64,000 nt of DNA, taken from Cetorhinus maximus (taxonomy: Eukaryota). The translations under genes were made by a program, and so were the position numbers. The stretch is from NCBI RefSeq assembly GCF_964194155.1, contig NC_135897.1:39556001-39620000 (forward strand). Reading direction: 5' to 3'. The notes beneath the pieces were generated by a model. The model was given only the letters and a program-made list of their open reading frames with translations, was not told the origin of the DNA and did no database searches. Of the stretch, positions 1-13,149 are shown in pieces (the first letter of the stretch is position 1; every line of letters begins with the position of its first letter).

Positions 1-1143
1 GAAACCAGTTTGCGATCATCCGCTCCGCCCACCGATGGCGGGCCGCATTCTCGGCCATCGGACGTTGGGAACCTCATTGTAATACATCAGCATATCATTA
101 TAAAGCCTGCCCATTGGAATCATCCCCCCACACTGGATCGTCCACCCACGTCGTCGGGAAAACATGCCAACCTGTTTCACAACAGCGTGCACCTGGTGGG
201 CTGCACTTCGCTTGGGACTTCAAGGTTTGTTTGCCTACCTTGCTTTGGTCAGCACTCACAGTCATCAGCGCCAGGTTTCACAGACAACAACACATCACTT
301 TTAGGGGGGCTCACAGGTGGGTCTCTACCTGCCAGATCAGCCTGTGTGGGTGGCTTTTCAATGGCTGCAGGGCAAGGTCTTGCTTGGGGAAGGAGGAGAA
401 GTGTCCTCAGGCAAGGGAAGAGGCTGCAGGGCGAGGGCTGTACTGGGGAAGGAGAGTAACCCAGGGTGTGTGTGGGGGCACATGTTAATCTGTGCAAGTG
501 GCCTCAAGATAGTGAGGGCTTCCAGAGGAGATGAGGCCAGGTGGACATGTGAGGGTATGTGGGCAAGAATGGGTGATGTCCCTTGTGCTGACAGTGAGTG
601 AGATGCCAGTGAATGTGTGATGAGCTTGAGTGTGTGAGTTTAGAGTGATGAGATGGTTGCCATACCCTGGCTGCATGGATGAGATCATTCATCCTCTATC
701 TACATCGGATAGCCAACCTCTTCTGTGCAGCATTGGCACTGATCACCACTGCCATCGCCTACCAAGCCGGAGTGGTAATGTAGCTGCCCCTCCTGCGGCC
801 AGAGTAGGGGTAGAGGACATCACAGCGATCCTCCACGAGCCTCCAAAAGGCGCGTGAGGGCTACAGTCTTCTTGCCTTTTGGGGCCATGTCTTCTTTGCT
901 GCAGTCCTGGGCTAGAAGCACTGAGTGCGGCTGTACTTTAAATGTGGTGCCTGGCGTGATGACAGCATTGCAGGCAAATCGGAGCCCACCCACCATTGAA
1001 ATGGTGGGTTTGCCGGCAATGTATAAGTAACATGGTGAGCTTGGAACAATACGGCATGAAAACCCGTCATCGCGGCCGGCAGGTAAAATGTTGTTTTACC
1101 TGCCCATTACTGCACTTAGTGCAAATCTGGGACAATTCTGCCC
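1..1143 (-). mobile_element. Non-autonomous Harbinger-derived element with a Myb/SANT exon (cut by window start)
   Basis: Ends in GACAATTCTGCCC (reverse complement GGGCAGAATTGTC, the family TIR). Colinear with 33846-34870: position 1 gaaaccagtttgcgatcatccgctcc recurs at 33846. Confidence 0.8.
666..888 (-). pseudogene. Decayed Myb/SANT-like (Myb_DNA-bind_5 type) first exon
   Basis: Minus strand reads MAPKGKK...TPAW*AMAVVISANAAQKRLAIRCR*RMNDLIHAAR then a GTATGG donor; contains stops and a frameshift. Confidence 0.75.
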
Positions 1144-2194
1144 AGTGTGTTCAAGTCCTGAAATGGCATTTGAACCCACAACCTTCTAATTTGAGTTAGC
1201 GGGCACCAATGAAGCTACCAACGTATATTAATATTAAATATTATGGATAATGTAAATCAGGCACACTTCCAAAGTAGGAAAAAAGGATATAAACCAAAAG
1301 AAGTTGGAATTATAGGGAGGTAGTAACAAGAACTCCCTCATCAAATGTTGTGAATAATGATGAGTGGGGTAGAAAAGGCAAAAATATAAGAGATATTCAA
1401 AATGGAGCTGCTCGCTGAAATGAAAGTGTTAAAGTGTCAGAGGGATGAACTTCTTAACCTCCAGGTCTCTGCATAAAGTGGAATGCCATGGGTCTTTCAG
1501 GCAGTTGTTTCAAAGTTCTACATCAGCTTTTGTTTTCGATCAGTAGTTTTAAATTAATTTGATTTAGTTTTTCACTGTTCTTATAAAACTTTTTAATTTA
1601 CCTATTTTGTTCTGGGTATCATTTTTATTGGATTCCAGCCAGGCTCAGAGACATTCAAAGTGCTAGTATGAAGAAAGACAAGAAACTGTAAACTCATCAT
1701 ACATTTGATTTTGTGTATACCTTTCCAAAAAATTATGTCACATTATTGTACCCAGATGTTATCTTACATGCTCTTCCTCCTCACTGCATCATCACTTGTA
1801 ATGAAATCATGAATCATCACACAATCTCGTGCTATAACTCTTTTGTTTCCAGTCCTGTGAAGCTCCTTACCCTCCTATAGATTTCCTGGCTTCATGCAAC
1901 CTACTGGCTTTAAAGCTCATGCTTTGCATTGCTTAACCTCTGTTTTTCATTCTCGTGCGCTGCGTTTCCAGTATTGAGCCTTCACTCAAGCTTCTTACGT
2001 GAATAAAAAGTCTGAAGTATTTCTTCATGGCAGTTATTGCGTTTTGATGTGGTGGAAATGAATGAGACTCCAGAAAAGATCATCTGCAGAAAATTCCACT
2101 CAGGTTGAGGAATAAAGTGATTGACAAAAGGTATAAGACTTAACTGCAGTCAGAGTTATCATTGGCTTCGTTAAAAACTTGGGAGTTGACACTT

Positions 2195-2763
2195 GGGGGT
2201 AGATTTTGAGGCTTTCTGCACAGTGGAAAAGCCATAGCAGTCTGAAAACGGTGAGGGAAGACTTACTGCCCTCTTCCTGCCTTCATCGCAGCCACCACAA
2301 TCTTCTCTCAGGCCTACCACTGAATGGCTGGAGTCCCTTCTGAGTTAAACTGCAGGCCTAGTTGAAATGTAAGTTAACATCCTATGCTGTATGTAGAGCC
2401 CTATTTGCCATTTTCGGACACTGCTGGCTGGGGCGTACTCTCTCAGTTCTGCCGAAGGGTCATGAAGACTCGAAACGTTAACTGATTTCTTCTCCACCGA
2501 TGCTGCCAGACCTGCTGAGTTTTTCCAGGTAATTCTGTTTTTGTTCTCTATAGGCTCCACTGGTATTGGCTGGCAATCCAGTTCTAGAGGAGCTGATAGT
2601 CTTTAATATTGTGGACTAGGAGGAGCCAGCTGGGCATCCCTGGGGTCATTTGTTTTCCATCAGCAATGTGCTGGCTGAATTCTGATTGGGTCTAGCCCTG
2701 TAGTCAGTATTATTGGCAGACCAGTAATCCAATCCAGCCGCCCGATAGTTAAAATCTACCTCC
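2195..2763. mobile_element. MITE-like element, probably Harbinger-type, with nested Penelope fragment
   Basis: Inverted termini GGGGGTAGATTTT (2195) and AAAATCTACCTCC (2751-2763). Confidence 0.6.
2444..2484 (+). ncRNA. Minimal type I hammerhead ribozyme motif at the head of a Penelope 3' fragment (fragment runs to about 2546)
   Basis: CAGTT-CTGCCGA-A-GGGTC-ATGAA-GACTC-GAAA-CGTT-AACTG: stem I CAGTT/AACTG, stem II GGGTC/GACTC, variant CUGANGA core, GAAA, NUH triplet. Confidence 0.7.
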
Positions 2764-4646
2764 TGGACACTGAGTCATGTTTTCAAAATCATCTTGACTT
2801 GTGATTGTTTTGCTAAAAAAAATTCAAGCAAGAGCTAGTGAATATCAGTGACTCGTTTACTTTAATGCAAATTAAGTAATTTTCTTGGGCAATTACCCAT
2901 GTTAATTGTTTTACCAAGTCATTCCCAAGTAAATATGTTGTAAAAAATTCTGTCATTTCAACATCTGTTTATTTGTTGTCACCTATACATTTAATGAGTT
3001 TACATGGAAGTGCAATGGGCCAAAGCAATGTGGCTGTCAGGAGTTTTAACAGAATTACCTGAGCACTGTGCACAGACATGTTAGCAGAATTTAATACCAG
3101 AAAAGCACATAGTTTTCTATTCTGTCAGGAAATTAGCAAAATGTTTATATTTTTAAAAGGCAATTCACCCACAAAAATATCTTTGACACTTTTTTAAAGT
3201 TGTGCTTGAGGTACAAGGAAATCAATCAAAGGAATTGTAATGGTGATGCAGTTCAGATCATTCTACCATGTGTTAGAAATGAAAATAATGCTTCCTAAAC
3301 TTTGTTATGATGTGCCCTATTAACGATCTGCCTGTGAAACTGCAGTAACAGTAGTATCAAAGCTTGAAATTATATAGTGCCTGTATAACAGGAAAATGTC
3401 TCAAAGCATTTCGCAAAGGATTTTTTTTAAAGGAACAGACTCCAAACAGTAAATTTGAAGAAGTGACTGAAGCCCTGACAGTAAAACTGGGCCGTAAGAA
3501 GAGTTTGAAAAAGCAGAGAGAGAAGTACAGAAGCAGACAGGTGTGAGCGAGAGTTCCAGTGAGTCCGAATGAGCATCTTTAGGAAGATATAGATCACTGA
3601 ATGCTGTAATGTTTGCATTTTAATGTGACGTTGAATAGAATTGTAATGATGTGAGTTCAAAACAGCATCAACATTGTACCAAATAGTCCTTGAAATAAGA
3701 GTGTTTTTAAAATAAATTTAAGCGTGGAATAGCCCATGTTTTTGCATTAAATCAGTTGACTTTCTAGTCATGCAGTCTCTGGTTTACACATGAAAAATAT
3801 TTAATTTACTTTAAAATTGAAGCACACATGACGAATATATTTCCTAAATTACAGTAGTGGCCATATTTTGAAGTAGTTTCATTGGCTGTAAAGTGCTTTC
3901 AGGTTGTGACAGGAATTCTTTCAATGCAATTCCCCCTTTTTTCCTTCTTTAATGAAACTGTAACACAAGCAAAGCATGAGAGCTCCAATTTTAACTCGGG
4001 GCTGGAGTTGTTCAGCTGTGGACTGAGGCAGATGATAACCTGTTAAGACCTCAGCAGTGTCAGTCTTCCACCTGGACCCGGCAGGAGATGTCATTGGGCA
4101 CCCAAAGGAGTGGTCCCCAATATTCGGGTAATAGTTAGGAAGGGAGTTTCTGGGTGGGAGAACGGTACCCTGGGATAGGGGAGGCCTGAATCCAGCAGAG
4201 CATTCCTGCTTCACCTGATCCCACAAGAGAAGTTTTTTTAAAAAAATCCAATTACATTTTCGGCTCACTTCTGGCACTAGCTCCTCTTCCTGCTGCACTG
4301 TCCTGAAAGTCTATAGTTAGAATTGTAGTCGGAATCCAGTTATGTCACGAAAACGCTGCATGTTTAAAGAAGGAACCCTCGGACTTTTGGCAAGTGTCTT
4401 TCTCACCTGTTCTGAAGACCAAATTATTTGCGGGAAGTCAGCTGGATTAGACCGGTTAAGGGCCATTTATAGGTTGCACCAGACGGGCAAGGTTAAAATC
4501 CCCATCCCCCCACGAGGGGAGCAGTGCTGCCGGAATGCACCAGAATGTTGCTCCGGCACCTTATATTTAAAGGCTTTAATATTCACTGCTTTGTGGTGAA
4601 CTGTCCTTTGCTCACTGGCCATCATTCTGCTGTTCCATATTTGGTT

Positions 4647-5210
4647 ATGATGATGGTGGTTGCTGGGGTGATCTGGCCGGAGGTCTGGCTGGCCCTGTCC
4701 AAGCAGCGATGGGAGCTGGTGCTGCGTGGTCTGGAGGTGGAGGAGCAGGTCCATAGGGTGGCCTGGACCTCAGGCTGTACCGGCAGCCGCCACTTAATCA
4801 CCTGGAGCTGGGAGTTGGCCGGCAGCAGCTGCTGCCTGAGCTGTGCAGCCTGAGTCGGCTCTGGAGCCTGGTGCTCAGGTCAAACCAGCTGGTCGGCCTC
4901 CCCGCCAAGCTGGGCCACTTGCAGGCCCTGCAGATCCTCGATGTGTCTGGGAATGAGCTCAACTCCCTGCCCAACAGCCTGGGCTTTCTGGAATCACTCA
5001 ACAGCCTGAGCATGAATGCTAACCACCTGAGCCAGCTACCCCACTCCCAACTTCAGCCGCTGCCTCTGCCTCATTGTGTCCAGGAACCATCTGCAGTTCC
5101 TGCCTGAGAACATCTTTGAACCTGGCCTTTCCCTCCTGAACTCCATCACCGCTCCCAATAACCTGATCAAGGAGCTACCACCTGGAGTCAGTCACCTGAC
5201 AACCCTGAGG
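4647..5210 (+). pseudogene. LRRC47: Frameshifted copy of the N-terminal leucine-rich-repeat region of LRRC47
   Basis: Three frames join as MVVAGVIWPEVWLALSKQRWELVLRGLEVEEQV / GGLDLRLYRQPPLNHLEL...SLVLRSNQLVGLPAKLGHLQALQILDVSGNELNSLP / SRNHLQFLPENIFEPGLSLLNSITAPNNLIKELPPGVSHLTTLR. This is colinear with vertebrate LRRC47 as recalled (SWPELELAERERRRELLL...LRVLDLSGNAL...IAHLASLK). Two frameshifts (about 4755 and 5040). Confidence 0.8.
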
Positions 5211-5368
5211 ATGGGTGTCAGCTCAGTATACATAACCTTTAATCACCTTTCAATAGTGATTGACATGATCCTTATATCATTATATATAATATTTCTCAAT
5301 CACCAGGAAAATAATGGACAGTGCTCTCAAGCGGCACTTGCTTTGCAATAACCTGCACATTGATACTC

Positions 5369-6320
5369 AGTTTGGGTTCCGCCAGGGACACTCAGCTCCT
5401 GACCTAATTACAGACTTGGTTCAAAATTGGACAAAAGAGCTGAACTCCTGAGGTGAGGTGAGAGTGACTGCCTTGACATCAAGGCAGCATTTGACCAAAT
5501 GTGGCATCAAGGAGCCCTAGCAAAACTGAAATCAATGAGAACCAGGGGGGAAACTCTCTGCTGGTTGGAGTCATTCCTAGCACAAAAGAAGATAGTTCTG
5601 GTTGTTGGAGGTCAATCAGCTCAGCCCCAGGACATTTCTGCAGGAGTTCCTCAGGGTAGCGTCCTCAGCCTAACCATCTTCAGCTGCTTCTTCGATGACC
5701 TTCCTCCCATCATAAGGTCAGGAGTGGGGATGTTTTCTGATGATTGCACAATGTTCAGCCCATTCACCACTCCTTAGATACTGAAACAGTCCCTGTCCAA
5801 ATGCAACAAGACCTGGACAATATCCAGGCTTGGGCTGACAAGTGGCAAGTAACATTTGCACCACATGAGTGTCAGGCAATGATTATCTCCAACAAGAGAG
5901 AATCTGACCATCGCTCCTTGACATTCAATTGCATTAATATTGCTGAATGCCTCACTACCAACATCCTGGGGGTTACTATGGACCAGAAACTGAACTGGAC
6001 TAGCCATATAAATACAGTGGCTACAAGAGCAGGTCAGAGGCTAGGAATCGTGCAACTCCCCAAAGCCTGTCCACCACCTTGGAGCCCTCTTCCAACCCAC
6101 TCGCTATCCTGACTTGGAAATATATTGCTGTTCCTTTACTGTCACTAGATCAAAATCCTGGAACTGTCTCCCTAACAGCACTGTGGATGTACCTACAGCA
6201 CCTGGACTGCAGCAATTCAAGAAGGCAACTCACCACCATCTTCTCAAGGGCAATTAGGGATGGGCAATAAACATTGGCCTAGCCAGCGATGCCCACATCC
6301 CTTAAAATGAATTTTTAAAA
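5369..6320 (+). mobile_element. CR1/L2-group LINE 3' fragment (family B), degraded RT
   Basis: GVPQGSVL and MFSDDCTMF RT motifs; 3' tail gggcaattagggatgggcaataaa...gcccacatccc. Confidence 0.85.
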
Positions 6321-6321
6321 A

Positions 6322-6660
6322 TTTAATAACCTTTGTATCGTATGGCAGCCAAAACTGTGACCAATCCTCTCAATGCATTCTCACAATGTTTCCTTAGAGT
6401 TTAATAACTTTAATAACATTTATATAGTTATATACATATATATAATTATGATATATAGTCATATATAATAGTTAATAACGTTCCAATGATGTGGCAGCCA
6501 AAGCGGCCTGATGCCCTCACTGTGGCCCCACAGTGCTTTCATGGCATTTATTAACTTTAATAATCTATATATAGTTTTATATATATAATCATATATAATA
6601 TTTAACAACATTTCTATAATGTTTCAATTAAAACCCAGTCCTCTCAATGTGGCCTTAGAG
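6322..6660. repeat. Imperfect ~150-bp AT-rich tandem repeat (2-2.5 units)
   Basis: Recurring tggcagccaaa...ctca[ac]tg...taactttaataa...tatatag...atatataat blocks. Confidence 0.55.
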
Positions 6661-6712
6661 TTATTTATTCTTTCATGGGATGTGGGCATCGGTGGCAAGG
6701 CCAGCATTTATT

Positions 6713-6812
6713 CCAAAGAAGAGCCTTAGTGGGCTTGAAACATTAACTCTGTTTCTGTCTCCACAGATGCTGACAGACCTGCTGAGCTTTTCCAGCACTT
6801 TCCATTTTTATT
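6713..6812 (+). mobile_element. Penelope 3' fragment with degenerate hammerhead motif
   Basis: AAGA-A-GAGCC-TTAGTG-GGCTT-GAAA-CATT-AACT...; flanked by the 12-bp direct repeat CCAGCATTTATT (6701-6712, 6813-6824). Confidence 0.7.
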
Positions 6813-6919
6813 CCAGCATTTATTGCCCTAATTGCCCTTGAGAAGGTGGTGGCAAGCCCCCCTCTTGGCAGTTATGGTTGACTGAGTGTTAGGGTTAGGG
6901 CGAATGCCTCTCTTGCCTA

Positions 6920-7291
6920 TTTCCCAGGCTGGATGGTGGGAGGATGTTTCCTTTTGTGGGGCAATGTAGAACTAGGGGGGCACAGTTTAAATATAGGGGT
7001 TTCCCATTTAAGACGGAGATGAGGAGGAATTTCATGTCTGAGGGTCATTAGAGTTTGGAGTTCTCTTTCACAGAGAGCAGTGGAGTCTGGGTCACTGAGT
7101 ATATTCAAGGCTGAGTTAGACAGATTTTTGAATGACAAGGGAGCCAAAGGTCATGCGGGTTGGGGTGGTGGGGTAGTGGCAGGCAAGAAATGGAGTTGAG
7201 GTCACAACCAGATCAGGCATGATCTTATTGAATGGCGAAGCAGGCTCCATGTGCTACATGGCCTACTCTTGCTCCTATTTCATATGATCTT
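6920..7291 (+). mobile_element. CR1 LINE 3' end (family A)
   Basis: agaactagggggcacagtttaaa...gatcttattgaatggc...ggcctactcttgctcctat tail, shared with the copies at 13690-14385 and about 32150-32340. Confidence 0.8.
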
Positions 7292-8121
7292 ATTTGCCCA
7301 CTTCATTTTTCTTTCCACTGACTTATTTCTTTCCACTCCATTAATTGTCTGATTTTTCAATCTTTAAGATTGGTGTTGATTTTAATCCACACTGCCTCCA
7401 ATATTGAAGCTATTTGTTTCCAGGAGTAACACATGCAGGGGATTTGGCTCATTGATGCCAACAATCAGAACTGGAGGAAAACCCTCTATCCACCGCATGT
7501 GACCGTGTGACTTGTGATGCAGAGGTGGCCAGCGCAGGGAGCAGGTGGATTGATTCCTACCTGCGTTATTATGTGGGGCACAAGGGTGTGAGTTCACACT
7601 GGATGATAGGTGTCCGGAACTCGCGGTGAGGCTGTGAATCTGGAGCCTGGAGAGGTTAAGAGGTGGCAGAGTGAAGGTCACGCCCAGGGTGCAGAGTCTC
7701 ACACTGCTGCTGCTGAATATCTCTGAGTCACTGTGCAGGAGCAGCAACAGCAGGAACCCTCTTGTGCAGATCCCTGACTGTAAAAAATTACAGACCTTAC
7801 AACTCCCTGCTCGCAGCTTTCTCATAAACAGGCCTTTCACGGCCTTTGAAGCTCAAGGTTCCCAGGATCTAAAGCAGCATCAATATCCCCAAACTTCCTG
7901 CTGCATTTGCCTACTGAACATTAATTCCTGGCTGTGATGGTCTGAGGATGTGAAACCCAGTACAGTGTTTATATTCCCTCCTGGTAGCTTTACATGGCAG
8001 CATCACAGAAACAGGCCATTTGGCTCACCTCATCTATGCTGGTGTTTATGTTCCACACAAGCCTCTTTCCACCTTTCTTGGTCACACTATCAGGGTAACC
8101 TTCAGCTTCTTTCTTCCTCAT

Positions 8122-8818
8122 GGGCTGAATTTTCCATTCGTCAGGCGGGGCTGACTCAATTGTGGGCGGGTGTGGAGCCGATCGCCGCCGTCAGTTGGGG
8201 CTGCACCGACATTTTACATGGGCGAGCCAATTAAGACCCGCCCAGCGTGATGTCCGCACAGAAGCGCTATTCGCTCCCTGTGCGGGCAGGGGGGGGAAGT
8301 CCCTAAAATCGAGAGTGCACTCTTTCGTGCATGCGCGCAAAAGAGCGCACTCATCTCTCTGATGCCAAGTGCAGACACCTCGATTTTAAAAATATTAAAA
8401 ATTGAAGAAAAAAAAATTCCCTTACATGTCCCCTCATGTGATGATGTCACATGAGTTGGGATATGTTCACAATTTCCACAACAACTTTATTGCAATTTTT
8501 AAAACCCTTCATGAAACCTCATCCCGCTGCTGGATGAGGTTTCATGTTTTTCCTGGTTCCCACCAGGGCTCTTGGCCTGCCCACCAACCTTAAGGTTGGA
8601 CAGGCAGGTCCTTTAATTGCTTAATTGATCCTGTCAATGGCCTCAATTGGCCATTGATAGGTCGGCGGGCCCGCAGCTGATTTTGCTGAACCCCCGCCTT
8701 CCTGAAAATTTAAATGGGGCGGAATGACGTCGGGGGTTCCGCCTGAAGTCATCCCGTGTCATTTTACGCATCGGCGAGCGGGCCCCGCCCCCCACTCGCC
8801 AATGGTAAAATCCTGCCC
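8122..8818. mobile_element. Harbinger MITE (~700 bp)
   Basis: TIRs GGGCTGAATTTT / AAAATCCTGCCC; flanks CAT/CAG; subterminal sequence matches the 47382 element; internal palindromes. Confidence 0.9.
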
Positions 8819-8851
8819 CAGGTGTTTAGCAAGTTCTTTGAATGTATCCAT

Positions 8852-9775
8852 ACTAGAACCATAGAATGGTTACAGCACAGAAGGAGGCCATTCAGCATTG
8901 TCTCTGTCTCAGTTCTCTGCAACAGTAACTCAGCTAGCCCCACTCCTTGAGCTTTTCCATGTAGCCCTGTAAAATATTTTCTCTTCAGATAATTATCCAG
9001 CTCTCTTTTGAAAACCGCAATTGAATCTGTCTTCACCACATGCTCAGGCAGTGTATTCCAGATCCAAGCCACTTGTTGCATAAAGAAGATTTTCCTCTAG
9101 TTTTCTTGTTAGTCACTTTAGGGTTGTGACCTTTTATCAATGGGAACAGTTTCTCCCCATTTACGCTATCCAGACCCCTCAAGATTTTGATCACGTTCAA
9201 TAAATTTCTCCTCAACCTTCTCTTCTCCAAGGAGAACAGCCCCAGCTTCACCAATCTATCCATATAACTGAAGTCTCTCGTCCTCAGAACCATTCTCGTA
9301 AATCTTTTCTGCATCTTTTCTAAAACCCTCACATCCTTCCCTTTCATCTTCAGTGATATTTGCACATATACACCCAGGACCCTCTGCTCCTTCATTTCCT
9401 TTAGAATTGTACCCTTTATTTTATACAAAAACAGAATTACCTGGAAAAACTCAGCAGGTCTGGTAGCATCGGCGGAGAAGAAAAGAGTTGACGTTTCGAG
9501 TCCTCATTTCAACCCTTTATTTTACGTCTCCTTTCCTCATACTTCTGATCAAAATGTATCACCTCACACTTCTCTACATTAAAATTCATCTGCCACATGT
9601 CTGCCCATTACACCAGCCAGTCGATATCCTCTTGATGTCTATCACTATCCTCCTCACAGTTCACAATACTTCCAAGTCTTGAATCATCTTTAAATTTTGA
9701 AATTGTGCCCTGTACACCCAGGTCTAGGTTATTAACATAAAGCAAGAAAAGCAGTTTCCTCTCTATATACCATCC
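8852..9775 (-). mobile_element. CR1 LINE 3' fragment
   Basis: Minus-strand ORFs give VLEKMQKRFTRM...LGLFSLEKRRLR and WNTLP...FKRELD (CR1 ORF2 C-terminus). Confidence 0.85.
9424..9511 (-). mobile_element. Penelope 3' fragment nested in CR1, truncated inside hammerhead stem II loop
   Basis: Reverse complement reads atgaggactcgaaacgtcaactc...; 13-bp direct repeat ACCCTTTATTTTA at 9411-9423 and 9512-9524. Confidence 0.8.
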
Positions 9776-11615
9776 CCCAGTCAAAAGTAAAGTTTTCTGT
9801 AATTCATGTTTTTAATAGACTTGAATTAAATAATCAAAGTATTGCATAATGAACTTCTAGCTATGCTAAATCTAATGATTCAAAATGCCACATGGTTCAA
9901 AATAAAATGCCTACCGGCACTAATATTTTTCACCTAAAAAACATAATTTTACTGACATTTGGGGACTCAAATGATTAATACATAGGAAAACAATGTAATA
10001 GTAGATTTAGAAATTAAATGACCATCACAATTTCTTAGAGCTCCTGCACCTCAAAATTTGCAACACACCCCTGCCCCCCCACCATCAAAATTCAGAGCAT
10101 ATGTAGAGAATTGAGATGCATCTTCTAGATTTTCGGAATAAATTAGCTGACAGTGTTAAGAAAAAATTAGAATTAAAAATCAGTAATACACAATGGGATT
10201 TTAAAAAATTTGATCTTCAAATTGTTAGGTGAAAAGCATTGCATTCTACGGTGCTTAAAAACTCAATACAATAGAATGATAGGCTTTGACCCCACAATGA
10301 CCAGGCTACCTCAATCCTCAGCAGTGCCACAAGAGGAAAGTAATTAAATCAAGCAGGTCGTTCCCTGGAACAAAAGATGGAAAATTAATGTTGAACTTGC
10401 TTTTGTGACAGTATGACTCATGGATTAAAAGACCAATTCTGACTGGGGTCTACTGGGACGAGTCTAGTTGTCTGTCAACTGCATCCCCCTTCCACCTCTG
10501 TTAAAACTGGGATTGGTGGGTTCAACGTGGATTGGGTTTGGCTTTGAGAATTTTAAACCATTCACTGCCCACCCAGCCTACAGTCAGTCATTTTTGGTGG
10601 GGTTAAAATTCCCCTCAAAGTGGCCATTGGTGGACAGGTCTCGGAGCATGTCATCCATGGCAAGACCAAAGAAAGGGATAAAGTGAAGCAGCTTAAAATA
10701 CCAAAAAGCAATTGTGAGTGAAGGTTAGACAGAAAGGTGGATGAAAGGGCTGACCAACTATTATACTACATATGCTGGCTTGGCATTCTTTAAATAGAGG
10801 CTGACTACATTTTCCATGCATTAGCATTTGCTGAACAATGTTGTACTGTATTTTATTTGAACTAATGTAATTATACTGTGTCAAATATAATTATACCTCA
10901 ATTATTTTAAATATCACCCTTTTTGTAGATTTAATCATATTGCTGTGATAGCTAAGGAGGTTATTCCCACCTCAATGACATTACCAATATCTTGAGATAA
11001 AAGTCTTGTTATGGTTGTGCTGATTCTTGTCAGTATTAGAAGCGTAAAGTTAGTAGAAGGCAATTGTTCCCACTAAACAAAGAAAAGGATACAATAATGA
11101 AAGCGTGTTTGTTATTAAACTGAAAATGAAAGAGGTTTGACACATGGACTCGGTTCAAAGGCTTGGAATTTTTCTGACACCCTGGCATTACAAAATGAAT
11201 GAAGATTACTATTTTCAGCAAAGCAAATAGAAAATTGCTGTGGTGGCACATAGACGTTAACACAAAAAACATATTTATTGAACTCTTGGCATTGATTTAA
11301 AGGGTACTTCAAATCCTACAACATTCTGAAAATGTTTTAAATGAGTACTGATATGCAAGTAGCGTAGGATTAACCTTCCAAGAAGTGCATGACAGTTTTA
11401 TTCTGCAGAGTGGCTGAGTGTTGTGGTTAAATAATGTGAAAAATTAAAGTGTCTCCAAATTTAAATAAGCAAACAGAAATGTGATTTATTTTGAAAATGA
11501 TGTTTTATGATATTGCTTCCATACAGTTCTTGTGGTTGTTACAGATATTGATTTACCAAACAAATTTGTCTATCCACTCTAGCTCATCTCCCCAATGTAA
11601 TTTATAACTGCTATA

Positions 11616-11915
11616 CAATAACTTGCACTTATATAGCACCTAGAATATAGAAAAACATCCCAAAGCACATCACAGAAGCGCTATCAAACCAACATTGAAC
11701 TCAAGATAAAGAAGGAGATGTTGAGACAGGTGACTAAAAGCTTGATTAGAGATAAGTTTGGGAGGGTCCTAAGAGAGGAGAGAGAGAGTTAGAGAGGTTT
11801 GGGGAGGAAATTCCAGAGGTTGGGGCAGAGGCAACTGAAGGCATGGCAGCCAAAGGTAGATGATGATCAGCAAAGGGAAGAATGGACATGAGAAATAGGA
11901 AAAGGCCAAATATCC
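11616..11915 (-). mobile_element. L2-type LINE 3' end
   Basis: acttgcacttatatagcacc...aaacatcccaaagcac...gaaattccagag. The tail is complementary to the 3' end of the Deu-type SINEs in this window. Weaker copies lie near 3350-3590 and 63060-63360. Confidence 0.6.
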
Positions 11916-11922
11916 TTTCCAA

Positions 11923-12967
11923 GGGCAGAATTTTCTCCCCGTCAGGGGAGAAGTTCAAGAGTGGGCGCATGGAGGTGCGCCTCCGATCGGCACCCCCGAT
12001 CGGGGGCACGCCGCCATTTTACGTGGGCAGGCCAATTAAGGCCCGCCCAGCATGATGTCTGCAAGGAAGCGCTATGCGCTCCCTGTGCAGGCTGGGAGGG
12101 GGGGGGTGGTTTCCCTCAGTCAAGAGTGCGCTCTTTCGCGCATGCACATGAAAGAGCACACAGATCTCCCTGAGGCAAAGTGCTGCCTCAGGGAGATCGG
12201 CTAGACAGTAAAAAATATTAAAAACAGAAAAAAAAAATTTCCCTGACATGTCCCCTCATGTGACATTGTCACATGAATTGGGACATGTCCATCACTTTCA
12301 GTTTCACTTTTATTAAAAATTTATAAACATACATGAAACCTCATCCCACCCGCTTAAAGGCAGGCTCACTATCCAGTTAAGGATGGCAGGCAAGTACTTG
12401 AAATTGGAGGGTGAATCAGAGGCCTCCCAGCTTGAAAGGCGCAGCAGACTGCAGCAGAGGGCAAGCAAGGGAGAGTGTGCTTCAAAATGTAGGTGCCCTC
12501 TCCTCCAACCTGTTTAAATTTAAACTAAAAATTGGATCTTGCAGCCAGGTCAACACTGTGGATGGGGAAGGAATGGGGGGTGATATCCTCTACAGGGAGA
12601 CCTGCACTGAGGTGGACAGGAAGAGGGTCTGGTGGCCTACCTGGAGCACTGGCTCCCTGATCTGCCTCTAGGAGGCCAGTTCCAGGCTTTTAAACTGGTC
12701 CCCGCTGCCTGTAGGAACCTGGATGTTGACCGGAAAATCTGTCAGCCTCCTTCAATTGGCCTCAATTGGTTCTTAATGAGCCATGTCAGCTACCTGCCGC
12801 AAGTGGATGGGTAGACCTTCTGCACCAGCCCCATCATTGCGTCCCAACCCCCAACATCCTCCATCCACAAAAGTGCCCCAGGGCCGGGGAACCGGCACGC
12901 CAACCAGAGGGGCTATTTTTAGCAACACCACCGATCCTGACCATGGAGGAGGCTGAAAATCCAGCCC
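11923..12967. mobile_element. Composite Harbinger MITE
   Basis: GGGCAGAATTTT at 11923 and GAAAATCCAGCCC ending 12967. The first ~430 bp match the MITE family; the remainder differs. Confidence 0.7.
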
Positions 12968-13149
12968 TATGTTTGTCTTTCCTACAGTAGAAGTCTTGGG
13001 GTGGGGTAGAGAAGTATGTTAAGAGAAATACTCCAGGTTTTTAATAACTGTGTCGCTCAATAGAAATTGCTGACTACCCACAAATGCAGTTATGGCAACA
13101 CTACTTTAGTCACATGCACCACACAGTACAGGAACACATACTTCACAAT

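Noticed and set aside
1865-2000. Minus-strand host exon ending in GTAAGG
   Set aside because: All three frames contain stops and no partner exons were found.
7400-7950. Possible Myb exon 2/3 remnant (RTGG-like) on the plus strand
   Set aside because: Too degraded to support without alignment.
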